NCBI GenBank assembly: GCA_046483985.1
Contig: JAWOCD010000021.1
Span: forward strand, 1 to 64,000
Source: Promethearchaeia archaeon
Lineage (GTDB): Archaea > Asgardarchaeota > Lokiarchaeia > Sigyniarchaeales > SOKP01
Length of the DNA stretch: 64,000 nucleotides
Reading direction: 5' to 3'
Position numbers and translations under genes: made by a program
The notes under the pieces: model-generated
Seen by the model: only the letters and a program-made list of their open reading frames with translations
Told to the model about the DNA's origin: nothing
Databases searched by the model: none
Shown here: positions 1 to 9,964 of the stretch, piece by piece
How the letters are laid out: every line of letters begins with the position of its first letter
How positions within the stretch are numbered: position 1 is the first letter of the stretch

Positions 1-447
1 CAGGACTATAAAATCATGTTAGAAGATGGGAAATATGTGAGAGTTGCGTTGGTCCTAGATCAAAGGCCTTCTGATACACTTAAAGAGGGTGTATCTAACT
101 TTATCACGCGATTTGAATCGAAATACGAAAAACACTTAAAGGATTTTGACGGCGTTACGAAGTATTACCGGGATTTTATGAAATTGTCATCAGAGAAATT
201 TCGGCTTACCTTATACACGCCCCATGTCATCAATCCGAAACTCGTCAAAGCCAAATTAGAAGATTTTGAGAAAACCGTTTTAGAGATAACTCAAACCTTT
301 GAATTAATGTCCGAAAAACATTTAAACATCGCGGAACTCCGCAATTATCTCATCAGCGTGTTGCCGAATGAACCCAAGGAACGAATTACTGCGACTCTTT
401 TAGAGCTCATTGACAAAAAGTACTTGGTCCCCTTGTTTGAAGAATGA
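1..447 (+). CDS. 3' part of a protein with a longin/roadblock-like segment and a C-terminal winged-helix-like region (truncated by window start)
   Basis: The frame is open from base 1 (CAG GAC TAT AAA ATC ATG). The KIMLEDGKYVRVALVL...FITRFESKY strand-strand-helix pattern resembles Asgard longin-like domains. Confidence 0.45.
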   Translation, partial: QDYKIMLEDGKYVRVALVLDQRPSDTLKEGVSNFITRFESKYEKHLKDFDGVTKYYRDFMKLSSEKFRLTLYTPHVINPKLVKAKLEDFEKTVLEITQTFELMSEKHLNIAELRNYLISVLPNEPKERITATLLELIDKKYLVPLFEE

Positions 448-672
448 ATACCTTATAATTGAGAATACAGAAATCTTGTGGAATTCTATAACTTAAAAAC
501 GACTGATAAGAAATATAAAAATAAATAAATTAATAGATATGGTTGCATCCGCACGTATTAGAGCATTTATGGATGTGGAAAACGAAATTGTATATGAAAC
601 CGTTTTCGAAACCCTCTGCGGATTTTAAGGTTTTCAAACCGCAATTTTCCAATGGTTTAGAGAAAAATTAGA

Positions 673-948
673 TTAGGGCGGTGACAGAACCAGTTCCATA
701 CTTGAAACGTTGTTCATTTCGCCATTTTCAGACTCTAACTTTTCCGTGGTGATGATGATATCTTTATATTCTACACCTTCCATAAACCGGTGTCTTAAGA
801 TTTCACAGACATCCACCGCTTGTGAGATAGCACGACCGCGTGCCTTTACCACGCAATCTTCTTCTTTCTTTAATACCATCATCGCAGCCATTACATATTT
901 CATGGTGGGTTTCTTCCCGATGTAAACAGCGTTTTCATCTTTACTCAT
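673..948 (-). CDS. albA: DNA/RNA-binding protein Alba
   Basis: 91 aa with VYIGKKP.MKYV and KARGRAIS.AVDV.E signatures and a C-terminal VSSMELVL. Confidence 0.95.
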   Translation of the reverse strand: MSKDENAVYIGKKPTMKYVMAAMMVLKKEEDCVVKARGRAISQAVDVCEILRHRFMEGVEYKDIIITTEKLESENGEMNNVSSMELVLSPP

Positions 949-1207
949 ATTTTTTCTCTCTCCTTAATTAATTGATTTTTTTTCAGTAATTGTATTAATC
1001 ATTATCTATTTAATAATTTTTTTGGAGAAACTAGTAAAAAAGGTAGATGAACTTTACGAGAAATACCAAATAAGTTAAAAAATTGAAAAAAGTTCTTCTC
1101 AAACATTTATATTAGCATCATCCAAACTTTCTTTTAGGAAAAAAATCAAAGATCAAGACCTTTTTGAAATATTATTATGCACAGATTCATTATAACCATT
1201 AAGGGGA

Positions 1208-1714
1208 ATAACAATAATAAAAACAAGTGCTGATAATTTTCGGTATTTAATTCCAGAAACCTTATTTGAGAAGATTACTCAACAAGCTGCGGATAAATAT
1301 CCATTTATCACTCACGGATGGCTTTTTGCCGACAGAAGAGAAAACTTTGGCATCTGTACAAAGTTTACAATGAACCCAGAGATAAATATAAAGGAAGCGA
1401 AAGAGCATAAAAAACCAAGATCCTGGAAGCGTTATCAAACCTCAAAGCTGTATAATATGCGGAAGTTCAAAAAGAACCAAGATGTTGATATTGTATGGCA
1501 ATGGCATTCACATCCTTCTACCGGGAAAAAACTGCATGCGATGGATAAAAGAATTTTGAAATACATGGGACAAGGCGTTATGATAATCGTGATCCCCTCC
1601 GTTCCAAAAAAGGATCAAGATGCAACCATTGTTGGTTGGTATTACAAGAAACAGCGTCGGAAAAAACCCATAATTAAAAAAATGACGTTTGAACTTATTT
1701 TTATTTCTGAATAA
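1208..1714 (+). CDS. JAB/MPN (Mov34) domain protein; probably starts upstream of the called ATG at an ATA codon
   Basis: Contains the WHSHP...D JAMM-like motif. The frame is open from 1196 and encodes a JAB-like N-terminus (IPETLFEKITQQAADKYP..HGWLF). An AAGGGGA SD-like sequence precedes the in-frame ATA codons at 1208, 1214 and 1217. Confidence 0.7.
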   Translation: MTIIKTSADNFRYLIPETLFEKITQQAADKYPFITHGWLFADRRENFGICTKFTMNPEINIKEAKEHKKPRSWKRYQTSKLYNMRKFKKNQDVDIVWQWHSHPSTGKKLHAMDKRILKYMGQGVMIIVIPSVPKKDQDATIVGWYYKKQRRKKPIIKKMTFELIFISE

Positions 1715-1839
1715 GGTTCTAATCTACCCTATTTTTTTCTAAATATTGATTTTTTGACCTCGAATTCTAACTGCAAGACCATAAGATATAAATTCAAGAA
1801 CATATATTATTTTATAATTACCATAAAGGGTGACAACTT

Positions 1840-3477
1840 ATGTCAAAAACGATATTTTTAACAACAGATGAGACAAATTTTTTGAATCCCAAAATGGGGT
1901 TTTTCATCCCGGGGTTCATTCCAAGTCTGCCACGAGATAAAATCCCCAAACCAATACAAGATCTTTTGGAAAAATATATGTTTTATAAAATTCCTCACCG
2001 GAATGGGGAGGTATACCAGTGTATTTATGGTTTAAGGAAAATCGAAGCGATCCTATTAGAGGCAGGTTTTCAGTGTAAAATTATCTCTCCGCAAGTCATA
2101 GATCAGTACGCAGATGAAGCAGCGTTGTTCGGAGTGTATTCTATGGATCCCCTAGGAATAGGTCCAGTCACAGCCACGCTTCAAGGAGTATTCGGTGATC
2201 CCAGATATAATATGTTAGGAGATTCAAACTATTATAAGCCCCCGTATACTCATCTTAAATTCAAAGAATTGATCGAAAAACTACAAAATTTTAATAAAAC
2301 CATAGTAGTGGGCGGATCTGGGGCTTCTCAGTTCGATGTTTTTCCGCAAGCTCAAGAGAAACTGGGTATAGACCATCTTATAATTGGCGATATTGAAGAT
2401 GAAGCCGCAACTATTTTTAAAAAGCTCTTAAACGGTGAAGACCTTCCGAAAGTAATTCATTGTGAGCATTTACCTAAGGAAGCTAATATACCTGCAATCA
2501 AGGGACCGGTCTGTTATGGGTTAATTGAAATATCACGCGGATGTGACAGACATTGCAAGTTTTGTGATCCCCAGATGAAACGATTTCGGTGGATCCCTAA
2601 ATCTCAAATTATGAAAGAGGCGAAAATTAATCTCCAAACAAATTCGGAAGTTACTTTAATGAGTGAGGATGTATTCCGGTATGGCACAGACCCTCATCAA
2701 TGGACGCCAGATTGGGGGCTTTTGGATTTAATTCAAGATCTTAAAAAGATTCCCGGGTTAGAGTCAATTGGCTTATCCCATGCTTGCTTCGCCAGTGCTT
2801 TGGCGGCACCAGAACAAATTGAGGCTTTAAGTGATGAGTTAAATCTTTCTGAAGAGAACTATCTTTCAGTCCAACCAGGAGTAGAGACTGGCGCAATACA
2901 TATTTTAAAGGAATATATGCCATATAAAGCTGCTCCCTTTGATCCCGAACAGTGGCATGATGTGGTCATTGACGGATGGAAACTCCTCACAGAAAATCAT
3001 ATCTACCCCGCAGCGACCGTCATGATAGGGTTAGAGGATAAGGAGGAAGATATTCAACAGACTCTATCTCTAATGAAGGAAATCACGAAATATCCGGGAA
3101 TGTTTTGGCCGTTATATTTTTCCTCACTTGGGAATTTACGAGAGAAACATCGATTTTTTGTAGATTGGAACGAAATGAGCCCGGGCCACCAAGAATTATT
3201 CCTTCTCGCTATTAAATATATGATGAAGCAACACGACAAAATGCATTCCCACCTCTTCGGCTCATCACTCATCGGAAAAGCGATCAATCATTTTGCAGCG
3301 ATAGTGGGACGAACGGTGATTGATCGTGCTGAATCTCCTGAATATATCAAGGGTAAAAAAGACTTAATAGCATTTAGTAAATTCTTTGTAAGGAATTTTG
3401 TTCAACATTCTCGAGAACGCTTGAGTCTGGGATTAAGAGGGAAAAAAGCAACATTTCAAGGAAAAATTACAAATTAA
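1840..3477 (+). CDS. B12-binding-like radical SAM enzyme, GDGT-modifying (Grs/Gms)-like family
   Basis: CxxxCxxC motif (RGCDRHCKFC). N-terminal LTTDET, YGLRKIEA, MDPLGIGP and VVGGSGA motifs match my recollection of archaeal Grs/Gms-type enzymes. Confidence 0.7.
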   Translation: MSKTIFLTTDETNFLNPKMGFFIPGFIPSLPRDKIPKPIQDLLEKYMFYKIPHRNGEVYQCIYGLRKIEAILLEAGFQCKIISPQVIDQYADEAALFGVYSMDPLGIGPVTATLQGVFGDPRYNMLGDSNYYKPPYTHLKFKELIEKLQNFNKTIVVGGSGASQFDVFPQAQEKLGIDHLIIGDIEDEAATIFKKLLNGEDLPKVIHCEHLPKEANIPAIKGPVCYGLIEISRGCDRHCKFCDPQMKRFRWIPKSQIMKEAKINLQTNSEVTLMSEDVFRYGTDPHQWTPDWGLLDLIQDLKKIPGLESIGLSHACFASALAAPEQIEALSDELNLSEENYLSVQPGVETGAIHILKEYMPYKAAPFDPEQWHDVVIDGWKLLTENHIYPAATVMIGLEDKEEDIQQTLSLMKEITKYPGMFWPLYFSSLGNLREKHRFFVDWNEMSPGHQELFLLAIKYMMKQHDKMHSHLFGSSLIGKAINHFAAIVGRTVIDRAESPEYIKGKKDLIAFSKFFVRNFVQHSRERLSLGLRGKKATFQGKITN

Positions 3478-3517
3478 GAAATTCCTTTTGTTTCTTTTTT
3501 ATTTCTTTTTATCATAG

Positions 3518-3554
3518 ACGGCAAAAGAAAACTTTTTAGGGCGTGGTAGTTCAA
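3518..3554 (+). mobile_element. Collapsed IS200/IS605-derived mini element (left-end fragment fused to right end)
   Basis: GCAAAAGAAAA (as at 8123) is joined to TTTAGGGCGTGGTAGTTCAA, whose 3' part matches the element end at 14776-14790. Confidence 0.55.
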
Positions 3555-3659
3555 TCAATAAATCATTCTGCTTCACTATATCACTTTTTTAATTGTCCAT
3601 CTTCCATAAAAAGTTAGAGATTGTTTTGGAGTACCTCTTGATAGACTTTATGCATATAA

Positions 3660-4140
3660 TCCACGACAGGAGCAGACCAAGTTCGCGCCCTATTCAAATT
3701 TAAACTCACATGGTTAATCTTCGGCCTGCATTAGGAGTTCAAACAGAAAGAGGAGAACTGTCTTCTTTTTGATGGTATTTAAATACTTTGATTTCATCAA
3801 TCATGATGGAGAGCCATCCGAAGACTGCCGGCGGGGTGGAGTCTATCCGTCCGAGTTATAAGGTAGGACCACAATACAAGAAGGCAATGGACGACTATTA
3901 CGACGCCGAAAAGGAGAGGAGAACGTCGGTCTCGGAGGAATTCGTCGGGCACTGGGAAGGCAATGGGGATTTGAATGGCAATGGAGATGTGGATGGCAAT
4001 GCGGATGGCAATGCGAGTAGTAAGGGCAAACACCTTGGGATGAAAACTGCCCCTTCGACCGCCATTCCTGTCTCAACTATGATCAAAACGGCCAAAAGGA
4101 CCACTGACTTATCCTCGAAGATCGCGAAAAATCTGTTTTG
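3660..4140 (+). pseudogene. GC-richer, degraded foreign coding fragment with (G/N)GN(G/A)D repeats
   Basis: GC content is visibly higher than the flanks. Imperfect GGCAATG..GAT repeats at ~3958-4016. Broken frames lie upstream of 3788, and the called ORF runs into the antisense of the HEPN gene. Confidence 0.35.
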
Positions 4141-4160
4141 GCTTCTAAAATTTAAGAACC

Positions 4161-4571
4161 TTAAATTTTTTTTAATAGTTCTTTTTTTAATTGCATCATT
4201 CTCTCAACAAAATCAACAGCATCCGCATAATATTTTTGGGTATCTTTCTTATTAAACCATGTTAGAGGGTTATAATCTCCCTGTTGGCGTGCATTAGATA
4301 ACTCATTTAGTATCTTAGCATATTTTTTCTCAACCATATTAGTTTTAACGAATTTCATCCCAAAAATCATCTTTAACCCACTATGCGTTTTTGGCTCCTC
4401 ATCAATTAATAATAATACACCTTTGATAGAAAGATAGACCGCATAGTATGATCGACTAATTGAATCTGCAAATTTATTTTCTTTTAATAAAATTTCTGCG
4501 CTTTCTAATTTTTCTTTTGACTTTAATAAATAATCATTTGCAAGTTCTATCCTGTTTTCTCTTTCTCCCAT
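4161..4571 (-). CDS. HEPN domain protein (MNT-HEPN toxin-antitoxin)
   Basis: SRSYYAVY, PKTHSG and RQQGDY motifs. Overlaps the 3' end of the upstream MNT gene. Confidence 0.85.
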   Translation of the reverse strand: MGERENRIELANDYLLKSKEKLESAEILLKENKFADSISRSYYAVYLSIKGVLLLIDEEPKTHSGLKMIFGMKFVKTNMVEKKYAKILNELSNARQQGDYNPLTWFNKKDTQKYYADAVDFVERMMQLKKELLKKI

Positions 4572-4888
4572 AAAACTTTCCCTTCCTTTTTAATTGTTTT
4601 TATTATCGGAAATTTCTCCCTTTTCCACTCTCCCAAATTAAAATAAATCCAATTTATGATGAGATAATTGTCAATATAAATTGCGGCAGTTATATTATTA
4701 ATTATCTTTCGAGATTCACGGTTTAACTTATTGAGCGGCCCAACAAGACAAATATCTATATCACTGGAGGGTGTATCATCTCTTCTCGCAGTAGACCCAA
4801 ATAAATATATTTTATTCAATACTACACTATTTTTTAATTTATGTGCACATTCTTTGCTAAGATATTCTCTTTTTGGATAGGAAATCAT
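4547..4888 (-). CDS. Minimal nucleotidyltransferase (MNT) antitoxin
   Basis: LFGSTARRD...SDIDI motif and C-terminal IKKEGKVLW. Confidence 0.88.
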   Translation of the reverse strand: MISYPKREYLSKECAHKLKNSVVLNKIYLFGSTARRDDTPSSDIDICLVGPLNKLNRESRKIINNITAAIYIDNYLIINWIYFNLGEWKREKFPIIKTIKKEGKVLWEKEKTG

Positions 4889-5296
4889 TTTTATTCAGCT
4901 ATACTGCGAAAGCTACATCGCAACTTTTTTATTTTCTATATGTAATAAAGGTTTTTCAAAATAATAAATATCATCGATTTAAATTAAACAATGCTATTAA
5001 GCTATACTAAGATTCGATCATAGTTTCTAAAATTCGGGACAAATATGGACACTAGTTAAAATCTAGTTTTATAACCATAATTCCTCAGTTTCTCAAAAAC
5101 TTCGATAAATTGAAGAAAATAACTTTTTTAAAATCCAATTGACGAGATCCCTTCATTTTTGGATAAGATGAGACTCAAGGAGAAATTCGAGTTACAATTT
5201 TATAATGACTAAATTGATTGGAAAATTCCTATATAATTCTGGTTTGTCTTAAAAATTTACAAATGATTTAAGACTCGCACGATTAACTATATTAAT

Positions 5297-6784
5297 ATGT
5301 GTGCGCATTTTATTGAGAAATTCATCACCCCCGAGAGTATTGCAATTTACGGCGCAAATAATCAAGGAATGGGCATTGGTTCTATACAATTGATGAACTT
5401 AATCCGGTACGGCTTTAAAGGAAATCTTTATCCAATTCATCTGAAATTGGAAAGAATAATGGGATTAAAAGCTTATGAAACAATCGCCGATGTGCCGGAA
5501 ATTCCTGATTTGGTCATTATTGCATTACCGGCCAAAATTGTACCTCAGATTTTTCAAGAATGTGGAGAAAAAGGGGTAGAGTCTATAGTGCTTGTTTCTG
5601 GGGGATTTCGGGAAACAGAAAATCAAAAGACATCTGGCTTAAGAGCCCAAATAAAAGAGGTTGCGGAGAATTATGGGATGAGATTTATCGGTCCCAATTG
5701 CTTGGGGGTATATAATGGCTGGATATACCCAGAAGATAAAAATAATGTGTTTAATATGAATATCTGGGCAGAGATTCCACGCGGAAAGTTTTCCATTATC
5801 TCTCAAAGTGGAACGCTTTCCAGTCATATCTGGTTTGACCCTAAAAATCTTGACCTGGGTTTAGGTAAATCATTTTCCGTTGGAAATGAGGCGGATATCA
5901 ACGTAATCGATGTTTTAAAGTATCTGAAAGACGATCCCCAAACGGACGTGATTGGGTTGTATATTGAGGAGATCAAGGAGGGACGTAGATTTATGGAGTT
6001 AGCAAAAGAAATCACCCCACATAAACCAATAATTGGGATTTATGTGGGCGGAACTGAAGCGAGTAATCGCGCATTGAAAAGTCATACGGGTTCCATTGCT
6101 GGAAACTCTCGAATATATGAAGGCGTGTTTCGAGAAACTGGCATTATCAAAACCGAATTGGTGGAGGAATTTTTGGATTTAGATCGATTTGCAGTCAATG
6201 GAATATTCCCTCAAGGCAATCGAGTGGGAGTGTTAACAAATTCCGGAGGTCCGGGAGTTATGATCGCACATAATGCAGAGCAAAACGGATTAGTTGTTCC
6301 GGAATTTAGCGGGGAACTTCAAGAAAAATTGCGTGAAATGGTTATTCCCACAGCAAGTACCCGCAATCCTTTAGATACCACCTTCGATTTAGAACCCTTT
6401 AATTATTATGTGAAAATTCCAAAAATTTTAATGAAGTCCGGGGAAATAGATATCCTCATAATTTACGGTGTGTTTGGCCTACAAGATGTGTTACGGGAGT
6501 ATTTAAAAGATGAAGGAATACGATCCACCGCGGAATTTAAAAAAATGGTCGAGAAAAATAAACCACCTTTAGAAGAGATATTGATCCCACCTATCCAAAA
6601 ACTCTCACAAAAAACCTCTATCCCAGTAATATATATTAATCCAGAGAATTACAACTCAAAGTGGTCAAAGAAAATAAGACAAAAAGGAGCTCTACTTTTT
6701 AAATTATGGGATAGACCGACCAGATGCCTAAAGAAACTTGTTGACTATAAAAAGTATAAAAAGAATTCTTTTACGAAAAAGTAG
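5297..6784 (+). CDS. acdA: Acyl-CoA synthetase (ADP-forming) alpha subunit / CoA-binding protein
   Basis: P.SIAIYGA, GPNCLG, SQSG, SVGNEAD, SHTGS (phospho-His), TNSGG.G and NPLD motifs. Confidence 0.88.
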   Translation: MCAHFIEKFITPESIAIYGANNQGMGIGSIQLMNLIRYGFKGNLYPIHLKLERIMGLKAYETIADVPEIPDLVIIALPAKIVPQIFQECGEKGVESIVLVSGGFRETENQKTSGLRAQIKEVAENYGMRFIGPNCLGVYNGWIYPEDKNNVFNMNIWAEIPRGKFSIISQSGTLSSHIWFDPKNLDLGLGKSFSVGNEADINVIDVLKYLKDDPQTDVIGLYIEEIKEGRRFMELAKEITPHKPIIGIYVGGTEASNRALKSHTGSIAGNSRIYEGVFRETGIIKTELVEEFLDLDRFAVNGIFPQGNRVGVLTNSGGPGVMIAHNAEQNGLVVPEFSGELQEKLREMVIPTASTRNPLDTTFDLEPFNYYVKIPKILMKSGEIDILIIYGVFGLQDVLREYLKDEGIRSTAEFKKMVEKNKPPLEEILIPPIQKLSQKTSIPVIYINPENYNSKWSKKIRQKGALLFKLWDRPTRCLKKLVDYKKYKKNSFTKK

Positions 6785-6930
6785 AATTTCATTCTGTTAA
6801 AATGCCTAAATAAGGATGTATTTAGGCTAATAGCCATTTTTGTTAAGGGAAATGTAATTAAGTTATAAGCAATAATTTTAAAAGAAGACTTAAAGAATAA
6901 ATAATTAGAAGAAAATGATTTTAGTTAGGC

Positions 6931-8085
6931 TTGATGACAGTTCATAATTATATCACTGCGGAATCGGTTACAGAAGGACATCCGGATAAGATATGTGACC
7001 AAATCTCGGATGCAATCTTGGATGCCTTTTTGGAACAAGACCCAACAGCCCATGTTGCCTGTGAAACTTTTGTTACCACCGGACTCGTGTTACTCGGAGG
7101 GGAAATATCAGCCAAAAAAGAAGTGGATGTAAATTTCGATAAAATTGTTCGAAATACCATTAAAGAAATCGGTTATACCGATCCGAGTTTTGGTTTTGAT
7201 TATAGAAGCTGTGCGGTAATTAACATGCTTCACGAACAATCTTCAGATATAAAGCAAGGTATAAAGGGAGAGAAAGTTGAAAAGATAGGGGCGGGTGATC
7301 AAGGAATTATGGTCGGATATGCAACCAATGAAACCCCAGAGATGATCCCGCTTCCCGCCAAACTTTCGCATCAACTTGTGGAAAGCTTAGCAGAGGCGAG
7401 AAAAAAACAGATAATCCCATTTATTCGACCAGACGGAAAAAGTTTGGTTTCGTTAGAATATCATAATGGGAGGGCAACCCGAGCACAAGCAATTATTATC
7501 GCGGCCCAGCATAATGAGGACGTGAGCAACGAAACAATAGATAAAGAAATTAGGCATAAAATCATTAATCATGTTGTTCCAGCAAGATTAATCGATGAAA
7601 ACACAAAAATTTATATTAATCGGACGGGGAGATTCGTAATTGGAGGACCGCACGGAGATTCTGGTCTTACGGGAAGAAAAATCATTGTGGATTCATATGG
7701 AGTATGGAACCATGGTGGAGGAGCCTATAGTGGTAAAGACCCCACAAAGGTAGATCGATCTGGTGCCTATATGGCGCGATATGCGGCAAAGAATGTCGTT
7801 GCAGCGGGCTTAGCTGATGAATGTGAAATCAGACTTTCCTATGTAATTGGTCATCCCAACCCCTTATCGATCAATATGAATTGTCAAGGTACCGAAAAAA
7901 TTCCTTTGGAAGAACTCTATAACAGAGTCTTAGATACTTTTAGTTTTAGGCCTGGAGTGATTATACGGGAGTTGGATTTACGGAGACCTATATATGAAAA
8001 AACAGCTGCTTATGGTCATTTTGGGCGTGATGATCCAGACTTTACATGGGAAAAAACTGATAAAATGGAAGCACTCAAGGGTTAA
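6931..8085 (+). CDS. metK: S-adenosylmethionine synthetase (bacterial/eukaryotic type)
   Basis: ESVTEGHPDK, GAGDQG, RPDGK, GLTGRK, GGGAYSGKDPTKVDRS and TAAYGHFGR motifs. Confidence 0.96.
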   Translation: MMTVHNYITAESVTEGHPDKICDQISDAILDAFLEQDPTAHVACETFVTTGLVLLGGEISAKKEVDVNFDKIVRNTIKEIGYTDPSFGFDYRSCAVINMLHEQSSDIKQGIKGEKVEKIGAGDQGIMVGYATNETPEMIPLPAKLSHQLVESLAEARKKQIIPFIRPDGKSLVSLEYHNGRATRAQAIIIAAQHNEDVSNETIDKEIRHKIINHVVPARLIDENTKIYINRTGRFVIGGPHGDSGLTGRKIIVDSYGVWNHGGGAYSGKDPTKVDRSGAYMARYAAKNVVAAGLADECEIRLSYVIGHPNPLSINMNCQGTEKIPLEELYNRVLDTFSFRPGVIIRELDLRRPIYEKTAAYGHFGRDDPDFTWEKTDKMEALKG

Positions 8086-8115
8086 CGCTTAAGAAATTTC
8101 CCTCTGAGATTTTAT

Positions 8116-8164
8116 CGAAAAAGCAAAAGAAAAATTCATCCGTTAGGATGGAGATGAATTTTGC
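8116..8164 (+). mobile_element. IS200/IS605-like left-end palindrome remnant
   Basis: TTTAT|CG..GCAAAA...CATCCGTTAGGATG..GATGAATTTTGC has the same nested hairpin architecture as the left end at 14567-14614. Confidence 0.5.
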
Positions 8165-8430
8165 GTTTGAATTACTAAAGATTTTATAAATTCAATATTA
8201 AAGATAGTTCTAAATCTGTTATTTACCAAATATATTCAAAAATGTTATAAATCTTTATTTCAATTAGCTTAACAAGGATATTAATTTTTCCTCATAGGTG
8301 TTTAATAATTCCCCGTAGAAGAAGAAAATTATTTCGAGATTCGGACTCTGATATAAAAGAAATTTTTCGTGCTGTTATTTCTGATGTATTAAACCTTTCC
8401 ATACATAAAAAAGGAAAAGATACCATCTAT

Positions 8431-9396
8431 ATGATCCGGAAGGATCTTTCAAAGGATTATACTGTGGAAGTAGAAGTATCCGAAGCTCCAGTTTTAAATA
8501 AATATTTACGTGAACCCGAATCTTATGAAAGAACTCTAGCGGATTTGGAGATATTAGAGAACGAAGTGTTAATTATCAATGAAGCAATTAAAAATATTTT
8601 CGGAAAAGAAAAAGGTTTGGATCTCAAATTAGTACGCCTCGGAATTGGTGCTACTAAAAACGATTATGTTACCATCGATGAATCGGATCTCCGAAAGGTA
8701 GATATTGAATCAACGTTGGATGGATTACTGGACTTTATAGGAAAGAACCGAGAGTCAGTTGTAGGTTTTTTGGACAGAAAATATAACAAAAAGGCCGCCA
8801 ACATAGAATTTCTCAATTGTTATAAAGGCAATCTTTCCGATGAGATTTCCTCAATTAAGCTTAAAATTCTTGCATCTCTGAAGCAAAGAAGTTTTTTCTT
8901 AAAAAAAGCACACAAATATTACGGCCTCCAAATGTTTTTAACTATTACCACGAAAACTTTCGATGATGATAAATTAATTAAATTATTGCGAGAACTCGGT
9001 ATTGATTGGGAATTAGTCATATTTCGGAGGAGAATGGCAATTGATGACTGGATTGAGAAAGAAGTTGAGCGAAATTCCCGCATGCTCAAAAGATATTTCA
9101 GGTATATTTATGATGTATTTAATTCTTATGATATTGATAATATCGTTGAAATCATTGTTGAAAACCAAGTTCCCTTTAAAGTCGCAAAGAAAATGGCAAA
9201 AATGCTTAAGAATGTGAAAAAGGATCGGGTAAAGAAATCTAGAAAAAAGCCAAAGGGTCTAACCCTAAAAAAGGCAGAAATTATTGCAGCAGCTCAACTT
9301 GTTTGCTCCTACCTCGGGATCGATATCGACTGGAAATCTGATGTACCAGAAAATGAAATTTTAAAACTCCAAGAAGAATTCACAAGTATTGATTGA
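8431..9396 (+). CDS. Hypothetical protein (helical; basic C-terminal region)
   Basis: 321 aa ORF with genome-typical codon usage and no motif I can confidently assign. Its stop codon is supplied by the adjacent mini element. Confidence 0.6.
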   Translation: MIRKDLSKDYTVEVEVSEAPVLNKYLREPESYERTLADLEILENEVLIINEAIKNIFGKEKGLDLKLVRLGIGATKNDYVTIDESDLRKVDIESTLDGLLDFIGKNRESVVGFLDRKYNKKAANIEFLNCYKGNLSDEISSIKLKILASLKQRSFFLKKAHKYYGLQMFLTITTKTFDDDKLIKLLRELGIDWELVIFRRRMAIDDWIEKEVERNSRMLKRYFRYIYDVFNSYDIDNIVEIIVENQVPFKVAKKMAKMLKNVKKDRVKKSRKKPKGLTLKKAEIIAAAQLVCSYLGIDIDWKSDVPENEILKLQEEFTSID

Positions 9397-9559
9397 ACTA
9401 CCACGCCATAAATGCTGTGGATTCATAATTCATCGAGAATTCCCGATCTAATATCACTCTTATATTCTCTCCAAACGCATTAACGAGGGTCGGTATTACT
9501 TATAAATTTAAGTGCGATTCATCTTGCCCTAAAGGACGGTCCTTTCTCATACTCTAGTG
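9393..9559 (-). mobile_element. Non-autonomous IS200/IS605-derived element (PATE/MITE-like)
   Basis: The reverse complement aligns with 14567-14790 at both ends: GAGAAAGGACCGTCCTTTAGGGC..GATGAATCGCA and TCTCGATGAATTA.GAATCCA...GGCGTGGTAGTTCAA. Confidence 0.8.
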
Positions 9560-9565
9560 GTACAA

Positions 9566-9832
9566 TTATATTGTTTTTTTAAAGTTCTCATAATCCTGTG
9601 AACGAATAAAGCTTCCAGTAAAATCAAGATAATCGTATTCTCCATATTCAGTTAAAACATAATCCTCTAGGAGTTGTTCTATATTATGATCTATCCGCTC
9701 TTTCGAATATTTTGACCTCAAATTTACATGCAAGACTTCCCAGTTTGGAGTTGGCAAATTATCCGGATCTTTATAAAATCTGAGAACATACCGGATTATA
9801 TCCTTCATACATGGAGTAAAATATCTTTTCAT
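9566..9832 (-). CDS. Small hypothetical protein, possible winged helix
   Basis: 88 aa with a helix-helix-hairpin pattern (SKERIDHNIEQLLEDYVLTEYG..YLDF). Confidence 0.5.
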   Translation of the reverse strand: MKRYFTPCMKDIIRYVLRFYKDPDNLPTPNWEVLHVNLRSKYSKERIDHNIEQLLEDYVLTEYGEYDYLDFTGSFIRSQDYENFKKTI

Positions 9833-9964
9833 AGGAACTCTGTGATAAATAAATTTGGGGTTGCATAAAAAATTATATTCATTTCTCCGCTATTTCCTTT
9901 CTGTTTCTTAGGATTTACTGGGGGGAAGAGACTGAAGAACTTATCAGTTAACAATTAGGCAATA

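Noticed and set aside
539-655. 29-codon ORF and short hairpins between the convergent first gene and alba
   Set aside because: Too short, with weak stems. It cannot be distinguished from a terminator region or chance.
8431-9396. TFIIB/cyclin-like similarity near the C-terminus (AEIIAAAQLVC..LG)
   Set aside because: Only a few residues match, with no Zn ribbon or second repeat. Left as hypothetical.
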